Of a stretch of DNA of 51,374 nucleotides, positions 46,843 to 51,374 are shown piece after piece. A model generated the notes under the pieces. The model was not told the origin of the DNA. It saw only the letters and a program-made list of their open reading frames with translations, and made no database searches. Made by a program: the position numbers and the translations under genes. The DNA comes from Candidatus Parcubacteria bacterium. Its GTDB lineage: Bacteria > Patescibacteriota > Minisyncoccia > Phycocordibacterales > Zambryskibacteraceae. The stretch is from positions 1 through 51,374 of the forward strand of contig JAIFWP010000004.1 in assembly GCA_019661785.1 (NCBI GenBank). Reading direction: 5' to 3'. Position 1 is the stretch's first letter, and each line of letters opens with the position of its first letter.

Positions 46843-48003
46843 TCAGTTCGGTAAGTAGGCTTTTTGCGTATATTTGTTCGAGGCGTCCCAGGAGAGCCAG
46901 GAGGTGAGCCCTACGTCGTATGTGGCGCGCATCTGAGCTTGTACCTCAGGCACACCATAAGCGACTCCTAAGAGCTTGAAGTCTTGTATCCAAGGGCGGA
47001 GCTTAGAGGGAGTAGATGAGGCAATGCCCATGATGGCGTTGAGAGCCTGTTCCTTCCTCACTCCGCTTGCCATGGAGTACTGGATGATCTCGTATGGATG
47101 CTCAGCCGGGCTCGCATAACCGTCAGCCCCCGAGGCAAAGTGTGATGGATATACCATGGGGTCAATATAGTCGAAGTATGGCAAGGCCTTCTCCAAGACT
47201 TGGCCTATGCCCATATCATCATTAACTAAGGTCGAGAGGCCGAAGAGGTCTGCGGAAGTCTTCATACCCGAGCCCAGCAAGTGGTCATGGAGGTAGGAGA
47301 AGAAGCTCTCAAGCATCTCGGACTTGGTTGAGCTCGCAACGGTCCATGTATAAGAAGCGTCCTTCATATTGCCGTCAGACGGATAGCGCACGTAGTCGAA
47401 GTTTATCTCATCAAAGCCGAGACCATAGCTCCTCTTAGCAAGCTCCACTATATAGTCCCAGTAAGGCCTTGCGCCGACGTCGATGAAGGCGAGCCCCTTA
47501 TGGTCGTGCCACACTCCCCCGCTCTTAGACTGCACGGCTAGGTCTGGATGAAGCTTCGCATATGAAGGGTCCTGGAAGACAGTTACGCGGCCAATAGCAT
47601 AGATGCCGCTCTTGTGGAGCTCGCCTATGTACTCTTTCAAATCTCTGACGTAGCAGTTGGCGCCCGGCTCGAAGGATATAGAACCTGAATAGTCTTTGAC
47701 ATCAATAACGATGGAGTTCAACTCCGTCTCCTCGACGAATTTCTTCAAGCTCTCGCGCCATGACGGAGTGGCGGCCACGCAGGCTGTCATATATATAGCC
47801 TTGGTCGGCTCAGGCGTGGGCACATGGGTGACGACGAAGGTCGCGGCGCTAGTCGTGGCTACTGGCGAAGCTATGAGCGTCTCAGCCGAGGACTCGTAGC
47901 TCTTCTTCAAGACGAGAGGCAGGACGAAAATTATGAGACAGCCGAAGAGGACCGCCGAAGCCGCCCAGGAAAAAGTCTTCTTACTGGAGCGGGGCTTCTT
48001 CAT
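46843..48003 (-). CDS. Putative glycoside hydrolase (DUF4015-like), membrane-anchored
   Basis: Motifs NSIVIDVKD, GRVTVFQD, GFDEINFDYVRYP, SADLFG, PMVYPSH, LRPWIQDF. Confidence 0.8.
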   Translation of the reverse strand: MKKPRSSKKTFSWAASAVLFGCLIIFVLPLVLKKSYESSAETLIASPVATTSAATFVVTHVPTPEPTKAIYMTACVAATPSWRESLKKFVEETELNSIVIDVKDYSGSISFEPGANCYVRDLKEYIGELHKSGIYAIGRVTVFQDPSYAKLHPDLAVQSKSGGVWHDHKGLAFIDVGARPYWDYIVELAKRSYGLGFDEINFDYVRYPSDGNMKDASYTWTVASSTKSEMLESFFSYLHDHLLGSGMKTSADLFGLSTLVNDDMGIGQVLEKALPYFDYIDPMVYPSHFASGADGYASPAEHPYEIIQYSMASGVRKEQALNAIMGIASSTPSKLRPWIQDFKLLGVAYGVPEVQAQMRATYDVGLTSWLSWDASNKYTQKAYLPN

Positions 48004-48250
48004 TTGTGGTATTAAGGCTCGGTTCCTCCATGGGCATATCGGGGCGTGTCTTGGCTCGTCTGGTAGCTAGGCGCCTCTCGGCCTTGACCTTCAAGGACAG
48101 GCGCTTGTCGATAGCTATGAGCACAGAGAGACAGACAATGCCTAAGCCTCCAACTATCTCGAAGAAGGATTCCCAAGCGTGCGGGAAGCCGAGCACAGGC
48201 AAGAGAGCGATGAAAAGTCCTATGGCAAGTATGATTCTACTCTTTGGCAT
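47981..48250 (-). CDS. Small two-TM membrane protein
   Basis: Two hydrophobic helices (ALLPVLGFP..W). Overlaps its neighbours in operon fashion. Confidence 0.75.
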   Translation of the reverse strand: MPKSRIILAIGLFIALLPVLGFPHAWESFFEIVGGLGIVCLSVLIAIDKRLSLKVKAERRLATRRAKTRPDMPMEEPSLNTTNEEAPLQ

Positions 48251-48848
48251 GGTGTTCTTTGCTCCGAGTATTATACACGATGAAGAAGACTACTACACCG
48301 ATAATAAATGTGGAGAAGAGAAGATGTTGCGCCGACTGGATGGCTGCTATGACCGCGGCGACGCGAGTATGGAAAATGTACCCAATGAAGGCGTAGAAGG
48401 GTCCATAGGCCAGGGCTGATATAAGCGTATATAGAGTGAATTTCTTCCAAGGCATCTGGGTCACCCCAGCAATAATCGGGTTCATGAAGCGCCAGCCAGG
48501 GATAAAGTGCGAGAAGAATACGAGAGCGAAGAGGTGCCTCTCTTCAGCTCGCTCATATCTGCCACGGAGGGCATGGCTTGCCCCCTTGGAGAACTTCATA
48601 GCAAGCTCGCTCCCAGAGAGGGAGAGAGTGTACATGATGAGGTCAACGAAGACGGTGGTGAAAATGCCCACAGCGAGCACTGCCCAGATCTTCACCTTGC
48701 CTAGCGCTGACAGGTAGCCCAAGAGGATGAGTACGACGGACTCGGGCACTGGCACCACATGTCCGCTCGACAGGAGCACCAGGAACATCTTCCAGTAAGT
48801 GAGGTGGCTTAGGAACTCGAGATTATGGGCGAAGGAGGTTAAGTGCAT
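48237..48848 (-). CDS. DedA family protein
   Basis: Motifs PVPESVVLILLGY, D...Y, FIPG.R....IAG...MPWKKF. Confidence 0.85.
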   Translation of the reverse strand: MHLTSFAHNLEFLSHLTYWKMFLVLLSSGHVVPVPESVVLILLGYLSALGKVKIWAVLAVGIFTTVFVDLIMYTLSLSGSELAMKFSKGASHALRGRYERAEERHLFALVFFSHFIPGWRFMNPIIAGVTQMPWKKFTLYTLISALAYGPFYAFIGYIFHTRVAAVIAAIQSAQHLLFSTFIIGVVVFFIVYNTRSKEHHAKE

Positions 48849-49700
48849 TTATTTACCGTATATGCCCTCAAGTATATCTGCATCCTTGCCGCTATCACGG
48901 AGCAGGGCGTTGTTCTTGTCGCGGATAGACTCAAGCACCTTTAGGCCTACTTCGTCCTGAACATGCTCTTTGTGGAACTGGAGAAGAGCCTCAAAGTCCT
49001 TGGGGAAGCAATGTCCGCCCGCCCCGCGCCCTGTCGAGCGCTCTGAGGTATGCACAGGCTGCATGTGAGAGGTACCAATGCGAGAGTCGTGGGAAACGGC
49101 CTCGCTCACCTTGGCCCAGTCTGCGTCAATTTTCTCAGCAATGTCATACATAAGATTCATGAATATGACTTTAGTGTAGAGGAAGTTGTTGCCAATATAC
49201 TTAACCAGCTCAGACTCTTTGGATAGAAGAACTTTCTCATACGGAGCCTTGGGCAAAACGCTTAGTACGAGCTCGGCCTTCTGCCTCAACTCCTCTGTGT
49301 CCCTTGGCACGCCAATGATGTTCCTCTCTGGATGCTTAGTGTCCTCCTTGGCAGTCTTCGCTACCAAGAACTCTGGGGAATGCAGTACGAATATATCTGG
49401 GTTCTCTGCTTGTAGGAGCTCGGTAGTGCCGGGAAGGATAGTGGACTTGATGACGACAATCTTGTCCTTGCCCACGAGCTTGATTTCATTTCTAAGTATC
49501 GAGAAGTCGAACCCCTCTGGCCTAGTTGGAGTTGGTACCGCCACGAAGACGATATCCGCCTCCTTAACCCTATCCTTATTGCCCACATACTCAGGCTCAA
49601 GAGCGTAGCGGATAGTGTCATATCCTCGCTCAGTGAAATCATCGGCCAAATTCTTGCCGACGAAACCCTGTCCGATGAATCCTATGGTCAGTTTACTCAT
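48849..49700 (-). CDS. UDP-glucose/GDP-mannose dehydrogenase family, short form lacking the C-terminal UDP-binding domain
   Basis: Motifs GQGFVG, FVAVPTP, KSTILPGT, PEFL, SELVKY..N, catalytic GAGGHCFPKD. The protein ends at 283 aa. Confidence 0.88.
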   Translation of the reverse strand: MSKLTIGFIGQGFVGKNLADDFTERGYDTIRYALEPEYVGNKDRVKEADIVFVAVPTPTRPEGFDFSILRNEIKLVGKDKIVVIKSTILPGTTELLQAENPDIFVLHSPEFLVAKTAKEDTKHPERNIIGVPRDTEELRQKAELVLSVLPKAPYEKVLLSKESELVKYIGNNFLYTKVIFMNLMYDIAEKIDADWAKVSEAVSHDSRIGTSHMQPVHTSERSTGRGAGGHCFPKDFEALLQFHKEHVQDEVGLKVLESIRDKNNALLRDSGKDADILEGIYGK

Positions 49701-49729
49701 TAGTTCGGTTATTGTATCATGCAGGCAAC

Positions 49730-49805
49730 GCGCGTGTAGCTCAGCTGGTAGAGCAATCGACTGATACTCGGTAGGTCCCAGGTTCGACCCCTGGCACGCG
49801 CACCA
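49730..49805 (+). tRNA. tRNA-Ile(GAU)
   Basis: GCGCGTG/CACGCGC acceptor stem, GCTC/GAGC D-stem, ATCGA-CT-GAT-AC-TCGGT anticodon arm, CCAGG-TTCGACC-CCTGG T-arm, A73 and encoded CCA; 76 nt. Confidence 0.95.
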
Positions 49806-49810
49806 AATGG

Positions 49811-49843
49811 AAATGCCAGCTCCTGACTGAGAGCTGGCATTTT
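49811..49843. terminator. Bidirectional terminator between the tRNA and the small membrane ORF
   Basis: AAATGCCAGCTC/GAGCTGGCATTT stem. Confidence 0.85.
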
Positions 49844-49856
49844 GCGCGAGGCGCGG

Positions 49857-50057
49857 CTAGCGGAAGAAGTACGTCGCGATCTGGGGCCCAAAGATGATGC
49901 TGAGCCCCACGAGGACAGCGATGCCAACGCCAAGCCAGATGTTCCTGGTCGACTTCTGTTCGACGATCGTCTTGTGCGGTGCAGGATGCACGGCAGCCTG
50001 CTGCCACCGCGCCTTGCTTGGACGATTCCGCTCAGATCTGCCATCAATTGTTCCCAA
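49857..50057 (-). CDS. Small membrane protein, 66 aa, C-terminal TM (cassette)
   Basis: AGGAGG (50068-50063) lies 5 nt before a TTG start. TM IWLGVGIAVLVGLSIIFG. Flanked by a putative promoter and a terminator. Confidence 0.6.
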   Translation of the reverse strand: MGTIDGRSERNRPSKARWQQAAVHPAPHKTIVEQKSTRNIWLGVGIAVLVGLSIIFGPQIATYFFR

Positions 50058-50087
50058 GTTCCCCTCCTAGGGACGAGTTCTAGCCCC

Positions 50088-50115
50088 AATCTACGCTTCT
50101 CTATATTTTTTGCAA
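50088..50115 (-). promoter_or_regulatory. Putative promoter TTGCAA-16-TAGATT
   Basis: Directly follows a terminator and has the same layout as 50372-50399. Confidence 0.5.
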
Positions 50116-50118
50116 ACG

Positions 50119-50148
50119 AAAAGGCCCTGTATCGAAACACAGAGCCTT
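50119..50148 (-). terminator. Intrinsic terminator with UUCG loop
   Basis: AAGGCUCUGUGU-UUCG-AUACAGGGCCUU-UU. The G-U pairs form only on the minus strand. Confidence 0.8.
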
Positions 50149-50163
50149 GACCAAAATAACTGG

Positions 50164-50331
50164 TCAAACGCAAAGCATTGCGCAGCCGCCGCCGAAGAAC
50201 CAGCGAGCGGCGAAGAACAGGAGAATCAGGAGGATACTAGTCCCTATTGCGAGTATGGGAGGACTCGTCCAAATGGTCCGCCCCCACGGGTTACTGCGAG
50301 GTCCTGGACCGCCGATAGTTCCGCCTGCCAT
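50164..50331 (-). CDS. Small membrane protein, 55 aa (cassette)
   Basis: GGAGG (50340-50336) lies 4 nt before ATG 50331. Sequence MAGGTIGGPGPRSNPWGRTIWTSPPILAIGTSILLILLFFAARWFFGGGCAMLCV. Confidence 0.6.
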   Translation of the reverse strand: MAGGTIGGPGPRSNPWGRTIWTSPPILAIGTSILLILLFFAARWFFGGGCAMLCV

Positions 50332-50371
50332 GTGCCCTCCAAAGAGTAGGAAGCATTCATAATCTAAACTC

Positions 50372-50399
50372 ACCCTACTCTTCCCCCAACTTTTTGCAA
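50372..50399 (-). promoter_or_regulatory. Putative promoter TTGCAA-16-TAGGGT
   Basis: Directly follows terminator 50403-50434 and parallels 50088-50115. Confidence 0.45.
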
Positions 50400-50402
50400 A
50401 TG

Positions 50403-50434
50403 AAAAAGGGCGGGAGTTTTTTGACTCCCGCCCT
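50403..50434 (-). terminator. Intrinsic terminator of the lipoprotein gene
   Basis: AGGGCGGGAGT/ACTCCCGCCCT stem with a U-tract on the minus strand. Confidence 0.85.
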
Positions 50435-50453
50435 CGTAACCCCGTGCGATACC

Positions 50454-50969
50454 CTACTTGGCGTAATCGCACTCCATGAACGACTTGCACGGCCCAGGCG
50501 TCATCCCGTCAGGGTAGACCTCCGAGAAGCCGATGAAGCCCGGACTGACAGCCGGCCAGTTCGGCGCGTTGTCGGGTCCGTGAATGTGCAGGTAGATCCA
50601 GAGCGTCTTGTCGGTCGAGTTGTGACGGACCGTGAAGGAGCTGTGGCGTCCATCTGCGTACCGGACGTACAGGCGGAACTTCGCCATTCGCCGACTCGGC
50701 GCCTTGATCAAGAGGTGAGAGTTTGAGGATTCGCTCTCGACATCTCCGAACGTACCGCGTGCGCACTCTCCGAGAGTGTCGCAGATACTCACTCGAGCAT
50801 TGGCGAAGGCCTGGTTCCCGGTGTAGACCAGAAACGAATCAGGACTCACCGGACGGACCACCACGCCCTTCACGACGGGAACCGTCGCCTTCGGCGCATC
50901 CTTCTGGTCTGCCTTCTGGCTCGGCGCGCAGGCCACAAGGGCAAGCAACGCCAGGATGTTCATCCTCAT
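50454..50969 (-). CDS. Hypothetical lipoprotein (cassette)
   Basis: MRMNILALLALVA-C lipobox-type signal, own promoter and terminator, GC3-rich codons. Confidence 0.75.
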   Translation of the reverse strand: MRMNILALLALVACAPSQKADQKDAPKATVPVVKGVVVRPVSPDSFLVYTGNQAFANARVSICDTLGECARGTFGDVESESSNSHLLIKAPSRRMAKFRLYVRYADGRHSSFTVRHNSTDKTLWIYLHIHGPDNAPNWPAVSPGFIGFSEVYPDGMTPGPCKSFMECDYAK

Positions 50970-51014
50970 TGGAAATCCCTTGAATCTGGTTGACGATATG
51001 CAATCTCTTCTTCT

Positions 51015-51042
51015 ATTATATCATATATAAGTATACTGTCAA
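51015..51042 (-). promoter_or_regulatory. Consensus sigma70 promoter TTGACA-16-TATAAT (with TGn)
   Basis: TTGACA 51042-51037 and TATAAT 51020-51015, upstream of the lipoprotein gene. Confidence 0.8.
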
Positions 51043-51071
51043 GTACCAATTATAAGGCTCAACGGCAACAC

Positions 51072-51093
51072 AAAAGCCCCTTGCGGGGCTTTT
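51072..51093 (-). terminator. Terminator closing the 16S rRNA transcript
   Basis: AAAAGCCCC-GCAA-GGGGCTTTT on the minus strand (GNRA loop), about 150 nt after the 16S 3' end. Confidence 0.85.
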
Positions 51094-51245
51094 GCTATCG
51101 TACTCTATTTTGTTCCGTTCACTCAGTGCTTTCCTGAGAGTCATATGCATTTTAGGACTTTGTCATAATTGTCCATCATCCCTCCAGCTTGCGCTGGTCG
51201 GGACGATATCGACTCTGTAACCTTCGCATTAGCGAAAGATTTTCT

Positions 51246-51374
51246 AATTGAATTACTCCACGAGCAGCTTCCGCTACCCGTGCCTTGTTACGACTTACTC
51301 CCTGTCGATGAGCTTACCGTGGGCCCGCTTGCGCGAGACTTCGGGTACTCCCATCTCCCTTGAGTTGACGGGCG
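51246..51374 (-). rRNA. rrs: 16S rRNA gene, 3' end (helices 44-45; partial, continues beyond the window)
   Basis: Minus strand reads CGCCCGTCAACTCAAGGGAG...CCCGAAGTC...GACAGGGAGTAAGTCGTAACAAGG-CACGGGTAGC-GGAA-GCTGCTCGTG. It contains the universal CGCCCGTC and AAGTCGTAACAAGG motifs and an intact 10-bp helix 45 with a GGAA loop. The 3' end position is estimated by analogy with E. coli. Confidence 0.95.

Noticed and set aside
49709-50173. 154-aa minus-strand ORF and overlapping plus-strand ORFs
   Set aside because: The 154-aa ORF runs through the tRNA and two terminators. The SD-led 66-aa frame explains the region better.
49730-51100. tRNA-anchored prophage, integrative element or integron
   Set aside because: I saw no integrase, no duplicated tRNA 3' end and no attC-like sites. 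The hairpins are ordinary terminators.
51142-51186. GGAGG followed by ATG ATG GAC AAT... (12-codon ORF) in the 16S trailer
   Set aside because: The GGAGG is part of a hairpin stem in the rRNA trailer and the ORF is too short to support.
51169-51363. 64-aa plus-strand ORF
   Set aside because: It is antisense to the 16S rRNA 3' end and trailer, so it is spurious.
1-51374. CRISPR array, alternative genetic code or diversity-generating retroelement
   Set aside because: I saw no regularly spaced repeats and no cas or reverse transcriptase genes. TGA acts as a stop (for example in obgE and dsbB), so code 25 is excluded.

Overview
This window is chromosomal DNA from a small-genome bacterium using genetic code 11. 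Gene content and style point to Patescibacteria/CPR, probably Parcubacteria; this is an inference from the HTH-TM protein, tail-fibre-like surface protein, stand-alone T4SS-like ATPase, truncated UDP-glucose dehydrogenase and divergent 16S. From left to right it contains a surface-protein operon (HTH-TM, FN3, tail-fibre-like), a MerR-type HTH gene, housekeeping genes (gatB, obgE, MYG1, dsbB, thioredoxin-like, DedA, secA) and a 24-aa lysine-rich peptide. Next is a ~34 kb surface-glycan locus with an O-antigen-ligase/TPR protein, a WavE-like protein, a four-gene rare-sugar operon, Wzx, a carbamoyltransferase, 7 methyltransferases, 7 GT4 and 2 GT2 genes, a GtrABC-like module and tandem kinases. 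The right end holds a VirD4/HerA-like ATPase, tRNA-Ile(GAU), three small self-contained gene cassettes, and the 3' end of a 16S rRNA gene that the ORF track does not show. The main observation is that this 16S has no anti-Shine-Dalgarno tail (GAGUAAUUCAAUU in place of GAUCACCUCCUUA) and is not linked to a 23S gene. Resident operons look leaderless and SD-free. Five scattered single-gene cassettes instead carry -35/-10 promoters and their own terminators; four have GGAGG SD sites and four avoid ATA codons. They appear formatted for a different ribosome, possibly that of a host cell.
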